From an uncultured bacterium (GTDB lineage Bacteria > Spirochaetota > Spirochaetia > Treponematales > UBA12059), in contig CAXZAJ010000001.1 in the NCBI GenBank assembly GCA_964293355.1, forward strand, positions 1-51,441: a DNA stretch of 51,441 nt. Reading direction: 5' to 3'. Below the pieces are notes generated by a model, which made no database searches, was not told the DNA's origin, and was given only the letters and a program-made list of their open reading frames with translations. This document shows, one piece after another, positions 38,063 through 46,553 of this stretch. A program made the position numbers and the translations under genes. How positions within the stretch are numbered: position 1 is the first letter of the stretch; each line of letters starts with the position of its first letter.

Positions 38063-38764
38063 ATGCTCGATTTCATAGTCAAGGGCGGTGTTGTGCTCTG
38101 GGTCATCATGGCGTTGTCGGTCATCGGCATAGCCATCATCGTCGAACGCGTACTGTATTTCCGGAGCATCAGGACCGACGAGGAAAAGCTGTTCCAGCGG
38201 GTCAAGGCTTCCGTTGAAAAGGGCCACTTCGAGGAAGCGCTTTCCATTTGCGACAACAACGAGTCACCGTTGTCGGCCCTCATCAAGGTTGGCATCGAGT
38301 ACCGTTCGTACCCTGAATCGGCCCAGAAGGAGATCCTGAAGGACGCCGCAGCCCAGGAAGTGCCACGACTCGAACGCAACGTATCGACGCTCGGAACAAT
38401 AGCCCACATCGCACCGCTCCTGGGGCTTCTGGGAACCGTCACCGGTACCATGAAGGCCTTCGGCGTGCTCGGCAGGTTCGGCGCCGTGGCAGATCCGTCC
38501 ATACTCGCCATGGGCATCTCGGAAGCGCTCATCACCACGGTGGGCGGCATCGTGGTCGCGGTACCGGCGGTGATCTTCTACAACCTGCTCGTCACCAAGG
38601 TAAACCTGATACTCCTCAAGATGGAAAATCAGGTAACGGCCCTGATCATGATGATCAACTCGGGCAAGCGCCGCGTCTCCGCGACGGAACCCGCCGTGAT
38701 GCCGGCCGCCGCCAAGGACGGAGCCAGCCAGGGAGCCGGCGCCGGCAAGGGAGCTGGCGAATGA
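38063..38764 (+). CDS. exbB: MotA/TolQ/ExbB-family proton channel protein
   Basis: LGTIAHIAPLLGLLGTVTGTMKAF ... GISEALITTVGGIVVAVPAVIFYN, the signature region of the family. Confidence 0.85.
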   Translation: MLDFIVKGGVVLWVIMALSVIGIAIIVERVLYFRSIRTDEEKLFQRVKASVEKGHFEEALSICDNNESPLSALIKVGIEYRSYPESAQKEILKDAAAQEVPRLERNVSTLGTIAHIAPLLGLLGTVTGTMKAFGVLGRFGAVADPSILAMGISEALITTVGGIVVAVPAVIFYNLLVTKVNLILLKMENQVTALIMMINSGKRRVSATEPAVMPAAAKDGASQGAGAGKGAGE

Positions 38765-39180
38765 CCATAGAACGCAGGCTGAAACCGCAGATCAACGTTG
38801 ACCTCACGCCGCTGATCGACATCGTTTTCCAGCTGGTCATATTCTTCATGATATCGAGCACCTTCAAGACAGCCCCGGGCATAGAACTCATGCTGCCCGA
38901 CTCCGGCACGGCAACGACCATAACGATTACCGAGATGAGCATCGTGGCCGTATCCGAGGACGAAGTCTACGTGAACAAGATACGTACGACCGCGGCAGGT
39001 GCCGAAACCGTCGTCAGGGCCGAGCTTGAAGGCCGCACCGCGGCGGACGTGCAGGCCGTGCTGGAAGCCGGGGCCGAGGCGCCGTACCAGCTCGTCGTTA
39101 CGCTGCTGGATGCGCTCCGGGCAAACGGCATAGACTCGGTGGGCCTCTCCACGCGCGCGCCCGGCAAGGCGGCCCCATGA
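38761..39180 (+). CDS. exbD: ExbD/TolR-family protein
   Basis: INVDLTPLIDIVFQLVIFFM, the N-terminal signature. 139 aa. ATGA overlaps on both sides. Confidence 0.85.
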   Translation: MTIERRLKPQINVDLTPLIDIVFQLVIFFMISSTFKTAPGIELMLPDSGTATTITITEMSIVAVSEDEVYVNKIRTTAAGAETVVRAELEGRTAADVQAVLEAGAEAPYQLVVTLLDALRANGIDSVGLSTRAPGKAAP

Positions 39181-40121
39181 CAGCGGTACGCGACGACTGG
39201 CTGCGCGCCCGGCAGCGGAAGCGGGCAGCCATAGCCTGGTCCTCCGCTCTGGGCGTCTATGTGCTTGCCTTCGCGGTTGCCATGCTGATTTCACTGTTTG
39301 CCGTGGAGGAGCTTGCAGACTTTTCCGGACCCATCGTCGTCAGGCTGGGCTCGCCTGAAGGGCTGGACGTGCCGCGCCCGAGCATGGAACCTGCTCCGGC
39401 GCCCGCGGCGCCGGAACCCGCCACCGTACTGGAGGCTCCCGAGAGTGTCCCGGCACCGGTTCCCACGGCAAAACCAACTCCAGCACCCGCGGCCGCAAAA
39501 CCCGCCAGCCCCACCGTGCCCAAGCCGACTCCTGCTATCACGGCACCCGTTCCCCAGCCCGTTACTCCCCCGGCCCCGGTACCTGTCGTGCTCAGGGGAT
39601 CTGAGAGCGGCAACTCCTACGACATGACATTTCTTTCAGGCTCGGGCGTCGTCGGGCGGAGTCTGTATGTGCCGATATGGCTCTTCATGCAGGTTCCCAA
39701 CGAGCTGCCAGCTACCCTGTACGAGGCCATTCCCGACCAGCCTGGACTGCCTGGTACGAAAGAGGCCCGCAAAAAAACATTCACCACCTGGTACAAGGAA
39801 GCTGGTGGAATGTGGCAACTCAAGGGATTCAGGCAACCCGATTACGATACCAGGGCAACCCTGTGGATAATTCTCGAGGATGCCGGATATGACGTAAAAA
39901 ACGCCGAGTACAAGAAAGACAAAAACCTCAGGCCAGTCACCGTCCTGTTCAAGGTATCGGCCCCGGGCAACGACGGAAAACCAGCGCTTGAAGCTGTGCA
40001 CATAGAGTCCGGCTCGGGCTATTCCACCATAGACGAGGACGTGCTCTACGGCTTCAGAAGAGCAGAATTTTCAAACTCGGGCTCCTCGTCGATTTCCGGC
40101 AGGTTTACCTACCGGTTCTGA
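39177..40121 (+). CDS. tonB: TonB-like energy transducer (TM anchor, Pro/Ala-rich spacer, extended C-terminal region)
   Basis: N-terminal TM segment. ~70-aa Pro-rich spacer (PAPAPAAPEPA...PVPQPVTPPAPVP). TonB_C-like end VTVLFKV...VHIESGSGYSTIDEDVLYGFRRAEF. Confidence 0.6.
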   Translation: MTAVRDDWLRARQRKRAAIAWSSALGVYVLAFAVAMLISLFAVEELADFSGPIVVRLGSPEGLDVPRPSMEPAPAPAAPEPATVLEAPESVPAPVPTAKPTPAPAAAKPASPTVPKPTPAITAPVPQPVTPPAPVPVVLRGSESGNSYDMTFLSGSGVVGRSLYVPIWLFMQVPNELPATLYEAIPDQPGLPGTKEARKKTFTTWYKEAGGMWQLKGFRQPDYDTRATLWIILEDAGYDVKNAEYKKDKNLRPVTVLFKVSAPGNDGKPALEAVHIESGSGYSTIDEDVLYGFRRAEFSNSGSSSISGRFTYRF

Positions 40122-40159
40122 TGCCATGATGAAACGATGATACAAAGGAAGCATACAAG

Positions 40160-41725
40160 GTGAAATCCATCGTCGTGGCTGTCATGCTGGCCTCTGCACT
40201 CGTTTGTCTCGCGATGGGGGTGCTGACATACCTGCGGGCCCGTTCCAGAGGGCAGTATTACTCCCTGTCCACCATCTTCATTGGTGCCGCGCTCTACGCT
40301 GGATTCTACGCCGCGGAACTCCTGCAGCCGGACATTCAGGGCGTTCTCCGGTGCGTAGGCTTTGAATATCTCGGATCACAGATCATAACCGTCTCGATGT
40401 TCTTCATGATCCAGGATTTCAGGGGCAAACCAAATCCCTCGTTTGGTATCATTGCCCTTGTTTCACTAATCCCGGCCATCACCCAGATACTCGCCTTTAC
40501 CATCCCGTTCCATGAACTTCTCTACATCGAGCCGTCAGCAACGCAGGTGCAGGGGCTCACCATCCTGAGTTTCACCAAGGGGCCCTGGTATTGGGTCAAT
40601 ATCCTCGTACTCTATGGAGTCTTTACCTACGGGCTGTTCGTGTTCATCAGGGCGATTCTTTCTGGATCTGGAGCGCGCCGCACTCAGGCCCTGTATCTGA
40701 TAGCCGGAAACAGCGCTCCATTGGTCTCCAATGTCATCTACCTCGCGGGTCTGACGCCAGCCGGTATCGATGTTACCTCGATCGCTTTCATGATCAGCGG
40801 CATGTTCTTCACCATCGGCTTCTTCAGGAACCGGGTTTTTGATATTCGTCCGATCGCGCGCGATACGGTGTTCGAACACATGCGCGCCGCGGCCCTGGTT
40901 ATCGGTGACGATGAGGTAATCATCGACTTCAACACCGCCGCTGAAGACCTCTTCCCCCCGCTTTCACTGAAGTCACAGAATACGCTTTTTTCAGACCTCT
41001 ACCCCGCCTGCCCCGGGCTTGAAGGCGCACTGTCGCGTGAAGAAAATCCCTGTACGGTTTCCATACCCAAAGAAGGCGGAGGCGAACGCCGTTTTGAAGC
41101 CCACCGTTCGATCATGACGGACAAACAGGGCAGGAAGCTCGGGGTGTTGTTCATACTCTATGACGTGACCGACAGGGAACTGCTCCAGGAGCAATTACGG
41201 GATCTGGCATCAATCGATGGATTGACCGGCCTCTCCAACCGCCGCAGTTTCTACGAAAAGGCCGGAGTGGAACTGGACAGGGCAAGGCGGCACGGCCGGC
41301 CCATCGGATTCGCCATCATGGACATGAACGGCTTCAAGCAGATCAACGACCGGTACGGCCATCAGGCCGGGGACGATGCGCTCAAGCTGACAGCGCGCCT
41401 GTGCTCCGATACGCTGCGATCCTGCGATGTAGTCGGCAGGATAGGCGGGGATGAATTCGCGTTCGTCTTCCCTGAATGCGACGAAGCGGGCGCGGCGGCG
41501 GCCGTGGAGAAGGTACGCAAGGTGGTCTGCTCCGCAACCTTCTCAAGCGGTCGCGATACCGTACCCATCTCCGCATCCTTTGGTTCCATGGGATCCATCG
41601 GGCCGGTTCATCCGGACCTTGAAGAATTCCTGTCCACAGCCGACAGGCGCATGTATGCCGACAAGTCCCGCTCAAGGCCGGTAGCCTCCGCCCCAAAGTC
41701 CAGATCAGCACCGAAAAAGACCTGA
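40160..41725 (+). CDS. diguanylate cyclase: N-terminal 7TM sensor, PAS-like region, GGDEF domain with I-site
   Basis: Seven predicted TM helices. GGDEF domain: DGLTGLSNRR ... NDRYGHQAGDDAL ... RSCDVVGRIGGDEFAF, with RxxD five residues before GGDEF. GTG start with an AAGGAAG RBS. Confidence 0.88.
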   Translation: MKSIVVAVMLASALVCLAMGVLTYLRARSRGQYYSLSTIFIGAALYAGFYAAELLQPDIQGVLRCVGFEYLGSQIITVSMFFMIQDFRGKPNPSFGIIALVSLIPAITQILAFTIPFHELLYIEPSATQVQGLTILSFTKGPWYWVNILVLYGVFTYGLFVFIRAILSGSGARRTQALYLIAGNSAPLVSNVIYLAGLTPAGIDVTSIAFMISGMFFTIGFFRNRVFDIRPIARDTVFEHMRAAALVIGDDEVIIDFNTAAEDLFPPLSLKSQNTLFSDLYPACPGLEGALSREENPCTVSIPKEGGGERRFEAHRSIMTDKQGRKLGVLFILYDVTDRELLQEQLRDLASIDGLTGLSNRRSFYEKAGVELDRARRHGRPIGFAIMDMNGFKQINDRYGHQAGDDALKLTARLCSDTLRSCDVVGRIGGDEFAFVFPECDEAGAAAAVEKVRKVVCSATFSSGRDTVPISASFGSMGSIGPVHPDLEEFLSTADRRMYADKSRSRPVASAPKSRSAPKKT

Positions 41726-41730
41726 GAACA

Positions 41731-41763
41731 GCGCGACCAGCCCCTTGCGAAGCGCGGTCGCGC
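41731..41763. terminator. hairpin between convergent GGDEF and flotillin genes
   Basis: GCGCGACC-15 nt-GGTCGCGC, with a T-rich stretch (GTTTTTAC) further downstream on the + strand. Confidence 0.4.
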
Positions 41764-41786
41764 CTTCAGTGTAACCAGTTTTTACA

Positions 41787-43064
41787 TCAAGCCTTCTTTT
41801 CTTTGTCCACCAGCCCGCCCTTTCGCGACTCCGGCCTGGTCATGCCCTCGAGGGCCGCCGCGACGATGTCGTTTCTGGAAGCCGCTACGGCGTTCGGGTG
41901 AATCGCCGAGATAGGCTCACGGTCTCCTCCCGAGCCGGTTACCACGGAAACGTGGTCGGTGGGATAGCTGGCCAGGGTTTTGGCGAACGGCCCGAACAGT
42001 TTCTGGAAGTTGTCCAGTATCCAGGCCCGCCTGGCCTCGCCGCCGGCCGCCTGCATCGTCTTGAGCGTTACCGCCAACTGCTCTATCTCGGCACGGGCCA
42101 CTTCACGCCAACCGGAAACTTCTGCTTTTGCATTTAGTATGGCTTTTTCCTTCTCGGCTACGGCCGGGGTGGAAATTTCCGCGCGGTAACGGTTCCTGAG
42201 CATTTCTATGTTCTGTTTCTCCGCTTCAAGCTCGGCCTTGATGCCGGAGACGCGGGCTCGGGCGTTGGCCGCTTCCTGCTCCACCCCTACCATCTGGCGC
42301 TGGGTTTCCTGGGCCATCCGGACTCGAACCTCCGCCTTGAGGCGCACGAGTTCGTTGTTCAGGTTCTTGACTTCGGTCTCCGCCCTGCGCGCCTCTGCCT
42401 GCTCCGCGCTCGCTGCCTTGGCCTCCGCCTGAGCCTGGCGGGCCTTGGTCTCGGCGCTGGCAGACTGGATGCGCTTGAGCAGCGCTATGTACAGATCCGG
42501 CTCTTCCACGCCCGGTAGGCGGTGGTCGTCCACGTCGGCGATGTTCATCGTCGTTATTTCAAGGCCGATGTTCTCAAGGTCGTGCTTGCAGACATTTATC
42601 ATCTTGGCGACGAGGATGTCCTTGTCCTTCATCACCTGCTCGGGCGTCATGCTGGCTATCGAGTCACGCAGGTGGCCCTCGATGATGTCACCCGCCGTCT
42701 TGGTCAGGTTATCCTTGTTCGTGGCCAGGTCCAGGATGCGCGTCACCGCGTGGGAACGGCCCGCGTCATTGCTCGCGATGGCGAACGAGACCGTAGCCTT
42801 GACGTTGAGCGGCACGATACCGGCCGCGATGGCCGAATCGACGACGACCTCGATGGTGATCGGTGTCAGGTCGAATTTGCTGAAGCGCTGGAGCAGCGGA
42901 ATGATGAAGGCCCTACCGCCGGAAAGGGTGCGAAAACCCTTGGCGCCGCCGGAACCGGTAACGACGCCGAGCTCGTTGCCGCCTACTATCTTCATGTTGG
43001 TTATGAGCTGGATGAGTATCGTGATGGCGACCAGGCCGCCGAGTACCGCAATGAACGCTATCAT
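41787..43064 (-). CDS. flotillin-family SPFH protein (425 aa)
   Basis: N-terminal TM segment, SPFH core, and a long Ala/Glu/Arg-rich coiled-coil (QAQAEAKAASAEQAEARRAETEVKNL). ATGA overlap with the upstream paralog. Confidence 0.85.
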   Translation of the reverse strand: MIAFIAVLGGLVAITILIQLITNMKIVGGNELGVVTGSGGAKGFRTLSGGRAFIIPLLQRFSKFDLTPITIEVVVDSAIAAGIVPLNVKATVSFAIASNDAGRSHAVTRILDLATNKDNLTKTAGDIIEGHLRDSIASMTPEQVMKDKDILVAKMINVCKHDLENIGLEITTMNIADVDDHRLPGVEEPDLYIALLKRIQSASAETKARQAQAEAKAASAEQAEARRAETEVKNLNNELVRLKAEVRVRMAQETQRQMVGVEQEAANARARVSGIKAELEAEKQNIEMLRNRYRAEISTPAVAEKEKAILNAKAEVSGWREVARAEIEQLAVTLKTMQAAGGEARRAWILDNFQKLFGPFAKTLASYPTDHVSVVTGSGGDREPISAIHPNAVAASRNDIVAAALEGMTRPESRKGGLVDKEKKA

Positions 43065-44410
43065 TGTACACCTCCCCTTGCGTTGGCCGCCCCGGACGGT
43101 TCAGGCATGGCCAGCGAGCGCACATCCACGCCAAACGCCTCGGAGAAGGTATGCAGGAAATCCGCGAAGGCCCTCGGGCCTCGGTTGACCGCTCCCGAGA
43201 AACCTTCAGCGTCATTCATGACGACCAGGTTGTCCACCGTGCCGGTTTCTGTCGCTTCCATATACGCCTCGAACAGGCGCGGCAACTGCTGCTGCAGGAA
43301 CATGACGCTCGAGGCGTCGTCGCCATAGGTAGCCAGCAGTTCCGCCTTGGCCTTGAGGAGCTCGTTGCGGGCCGACTGCCTGATCGAGACGGCTTCCCGG
43401 TCACCTTCCGCAACGATGCGCGCCTCTTCTTCGCGGGCGGAGGCTACGAGTGTAACGGAGGACTGGTTCTTGAGTTTCTGCAGTTCGACCAGCTGGGCCT
43501 GCACCGCGGCTTCTCCGGAATTCCTTGCGCCCGCTATGGACTGGTCGGCGGTCAGCCTGGCTTCCTCGATGAGGCCGGCCGACTCGCGGCGGTAGACTTC
43601 AAGCTCCTGCCGGGCCGCGATGATGGCCTCGTCGGCCTGGCTCCTGGACACCTCGATGCGCTTGCGGGCCTCGCTCTCGGCCTGGTCGGCTATGGCGCGG
43701 AGGCGTGACTCCTCGATCTCCACCGCGCGGCGTTTCTCTGCCAGCGTCTTCTGCGCCAGATTGGCTATGTAGTTGGACGTATCCCAGATTTTCTGCAGCG
43801 ACACCGACACGACCTTCATGCCGAACGAGCGCAGGTCTGAATTGATGTCGGCCAGCAACTCGGCGCGGAACTGAGCCCGTTCGCCCATGTCCGCCTCGGA
43901 CTCGCCATCGTCGTTGCCCACGTCTTCCATGCCTATGGCCTGCAGCGGCGTGGCCTTGTTCAAGGCACCGCGGAAATTACCCACCAGGGTCTGCTGGATC
44001 TGCTCGTGGATCTGGCGCACGTCCTTGCCCATCAAGCGCTCCACGGCGCTGTATAGCATCGCCTCGTCGTCATCGTCTATGCAGACGCAGGCGGTGGCGT
44101 CGGCACCCATCGTAATGCCGTTTGCGCTGTTTACGCCTTCTACCCGCACGCTGATGGGAAACACTCCCAGATCCAGCGTTCCTACGGCCTGAAAATACGG
44201 TATGACGATCGTGCGGCCGCGGTCCACCGCAAAGCCAAAGTCACGGCCGTGGTGCCTGGTCTTGCGGCCCGTAACGACGAGGATGCGGTCGGGCGAAGCC
44301 ACCCTGATCGTCATCTTGAGCAGTGCCACCAGCGCGACGAAGGCCACGACGCCCAGCCCCCCGAAGATGAAACCCTGAAAATCGGAAAAAATTTCCTTCA
44401 GCAGATCCAT
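43061..44410 (-). CDS. flotillin-family SPFH protein (449 aa)
   Basis: TM segment, SPFH core and coiled-coil (EKRRAVEIEESRLRAIADQAESEARKR). Start at ATG 44410 with a GGAGG RBS. Confidence 0.85.
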   Translation of the reverse strand: MDLLKEIFSDFQGFIFGGLGVVAFVALVALLKMTIRVASPDRILVVTGRKTRHHGRDFGFAVDRGRTIVIPYFQAVGTLDLGVFPISVRVEGVNSANGITMGADATACVCIDDDDEAMLYSAVERLMGKDVRQIHEQIQQTLVGNFRGALNKATPLQAIGMEDVGNDDGESEADMGERAQFRAELLADINSDLRSFGMKVVSVSLQKIWDTSNYIANLAQKTLAEKRRAVEIEESRLRAIADQAESEARKRIEVSRSQADEAIIAARQELEVYRRESAGLIEEARLTADQSIAGARNSGEAAVQAQLVELQKLKNQSSVTLVASAREEEARIVAEGDREAVSIRQSARNELLKAKAELLATYGDDASSVMFLQQQLPRLFEAYMEATETGTVDNLVVMNDAEGFSGAVNRGPRAFADFLHTFSEAFGVDVRSLAMPEPSGAANARGGVQ

Positions 44411-44421
44411 GATGCCTCCTT

Positions 44422-45090
44422 TTAGATATCTTCTACCCAGCAGCATTCGTCATCATAATCGACGATGCGCACCGTGCAACCTTTGTTAAAAGCCCTGGCG
44501 GAATCCTTGGCCCGGACGAACACCTCGGTCTCCCTGCCGTAGCGGCGCACCGCGGCCTTGCCCATCGCGCCGGGCATGACGGAGACGGTGATCGTCGCTT
44601 CGTCCATGATGAACTCGGCCGCCTTTATGGATGAGTCCAGATCCTTGCGGATGAAAGCCCTGAGCGAGCGGGCTAGCACAGCGATGAAGATGCCCGCGCC
44701 TGCGCTCCATGCCAGGCTCTCGGCCGGCTGTACGCCGGTGAGCATTGCGAAGAGGCCCGTAGGACCGGCGCCCACTGAAAAATAGACGCCCGTCCTGAGC
44801 GCGCCTATGGTTCTGGCGACGATGCGCGTGCCTGAATCGGCGGAACTGAGGTTGGATCCGTGCGCCGTTTCCGCCGGCATGTGGTCTTCATGGGCACCAT
44901 CGTCACTGTCGTCAGCCCCGTCTTCGCCGGCCCCGTCATCGTCAGACGCAGCCTCGTCGGCACTGCCGGAATCACTGTCGTGGCCGCTGTCTGACTGGCC
45001 GGCATGCTCGAACACACCAAGCAGGTCCACTATGGTAACCCCGATGCCAAAGACGGCCAGCGCGGAATACAGGACAAACAGGCCGCTCAC
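44422..45090 (-). CDS. NfeD-like membrane protein with acidic loop (222 aa, GTG start)
   Basis: TM helices and a C-terminal OB-like segment GKAAVRRYGRETEVFVRAKDSARAFNKGCTVRIVDYDD. GTG 45090 overlaps the upstream stop (GTGA). The longer ORF-track N-terminus would overlap the upstream gene by 230 nt. Confidence 0.55.
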   Translation of the reverse strand: MSGLFVLYSALAVFGIGVTIVDLLGVFEHAGQSDSGHDSDSGSADEAASDDDGAGEDGADDSDDGAHEDHMPAETAHGSNLSSADSGTRIVARTIGALRTGVYFSVGAGPTGLFAMLTGVQPAESLAWSAGAGIFIAVLARSLRAFIRKDLDSSIKAAEFIMDEATITVSVMPGAMGKAAVRRYGRETEVFVRAKDSARAFNKGCTVRIVDYDDECCWVEDI

Positions 45091-45896
45091 GATTTCAGTT
45101 CCCGGCGGCAAGCCGCGCTCGAGTCTATGAGCTCCCTGGCCGGCACCAGTCTGGAAGCGGACAGCAGGTGCAGCCCCGTCTCGGCCGTCGTGTCCGCGTA
45201 CGCGCGCGCGAGTATCGGCATGAACCGGTTGCGGGGCAGCACCCGCGCGCCGAGCTTTACCTTGTAGTCGATTTCCATCCCCAGATCCCATACCTTGATC
45301 CCGGAAGAAGCCAGCAGGCACCCAAGCGCGGCAAGCTGCACGGTTCCTGCACCCGATGCCTTGGTGTAACCAGTCAGGCTGGCATAGGAACTGCCTATCA
45401 AGTAGCCTATCTCGCCGGCCACCAGCACGGGACCATCATCATGGATTTCCCATAATTCAACGGATATGAAGGCAACTTTCCTGAGAGCCCGCTGCTCATG
45501 CAGTTGCGTAAAGGCATTCGTCAGGTCAGGAACCAGCCAATCGGGTCCATGTTCGTCTACACAGGCGGCAAGGACTGACGAAAACATGCGGTTGCAGCTG
45601 AGCAGGTATTTCCTTGACTCGCGGTGGGCGGTCCTGGTCACCCTCACGGTTCTGGGGTCGAGGAGACAGCGTTCAAAGTGCAGTTTGGGCAGGAAAAAGT
45701 CGTGGCTTGATCTAGGCGTGACGAGGGCCAGCCCCATGGGCATGAAACGTGCCAGCGTGGCTTCCTCCACAATCTCCCCGTCTATGTAGGGAAAGAGCGC
45801 GAATTCTTCATGGTACTCGGTGGCGATGATCTCGGCGCAGGAACAAAAATTATCGCCGGGCTCAATATTCGGATAGCTACCCTCGTCGTGGAACAT
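45087..45896 (-). CDS. leucyl/phenylalanyl-tRNA-protein transferase (Aat)-like acyltransferase-fold protein (269 aa)
   Basis: SVELWEIHDDGPVLVAGEIGYLIGSSYASLTGYT...GAGTVQLAALGCLLASSGIKVWDLGMEIDYKVKLGARVLPRNRF resembles the Aat C-terminal catalytic domain layout. Assignment is from memory of the family pattern only. Confidence 0.45.
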   Translation of the reverse strand: MFHDEGSYPNIEPGDNFCSCAEIIATEYHEEFALFPYIDGEIVEEATLARFMPMGLALVTPRSSHDFFLPKLHFERCLLDPRTVRVTRTAHRESRKYLLSCNRMFSSVLAACVDEHGPDWLVPDLTNAFTQLHEQRALRKVAFISVELWEIHDDGPVLVAGEIGYLIGSSYASLTGYTKASGAGTVQLAALGCLLASSGIKVWDLGMEIDYKVKLGARVLPRNRFMPILARAYADTTAETGLHLLSASRLVPARELIDSSAACRRELKS

Positions 45897-45992
45897 TGGC
45901 CATCCTTTCCGTCACCCTGTACGATACAGCAAGTGGCCGGACAGCGCCAGAGCCTTGGCCCGCAATGCCATCCCCCATGATATACTATAACC

Positions 45993-46553
45993 ATGCGAAC
46001 AATAGGAACGTACCATGCGGGACGTATTGTCGTAGCCGTCGGCGACATCACCGGATTCGAGGGCGACGCGATAGTCAACGCCGCCAATTCAGCGCTCGCA
46101 GGCGGTGGCGGTGTCGATGGGGCAATCCACAAGGCGGCTGGTTCAGCGCTGGTCGAAGCCTGCCGGGCGCTGCGCACGACCGATTGGCCTGACGGCCTGC
46201 CAACCGGACGCGCCGTTGCCACAGGGGCGGGAAACCTGGCCGTACAGGGCATCATCCATGCGGTTGGCCCGATCTGGCGTGGAGGTCAGGCCGACGAGGC
46301 CATGCTGCTCGCGTCAGCCTACCAGGAATCGCTGGCCATCGCGTTCAACCGCAACTGGCAGCGCGTGGCATTTCCGGCCATCTCCACAGGCGTCTATGGC
46401 TACCCCAAGGCTGAGGCTGCCGCGGTCGCTTTCAAGACTGTTTCAGCCTACCTCGGCGAACACGCCGTGCCTGCGACGGTCTGGTTTGTCTTCTTCACGG
46501 AAACCGACGCTGAAACCTTTATCGCGGCCATCTCCAAGGCACCGGACAGGTGA
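45993..46553 (+). CDS. macrodomain protein (YmdB/O-acetyl-ADP-ribose deacetylase-like)
   Basis: GDITGFEGDAIVNAANSALAGGGGVDGAIHKAAG ... AFPAISTGVYGYP, canonical Macro motifs. Confidence 0.9.
   Translation: MRTIGTYHAGRIVVAVGDITGFEGDAIVNAANSALAGGGGVDGAIHKAAGSALVEACRALRTTDWPDGLPTGRAVATGAGNLAVQGIIHAVGPIWRGGQADEAMLLASAYQESLAIAFNRNWQRVAFPAISTGVYGYPKAEAAAVAFKTVSAYLGEHAVPATVWFVFFTETDAETFIAAISKAPDR

Noticed and set aside
44422-45321. The longer 299-aa version of the NfeD-like ORF starting at ATG 45321.
   Set aside because: It would overlap the upstream gene by more than 230 nt. Its extra N-terminus is Arg/Gly/Ala-rich with no features. GTG 45090, overlapping the upstream stop, gives a protein that begins at its first TM helix.
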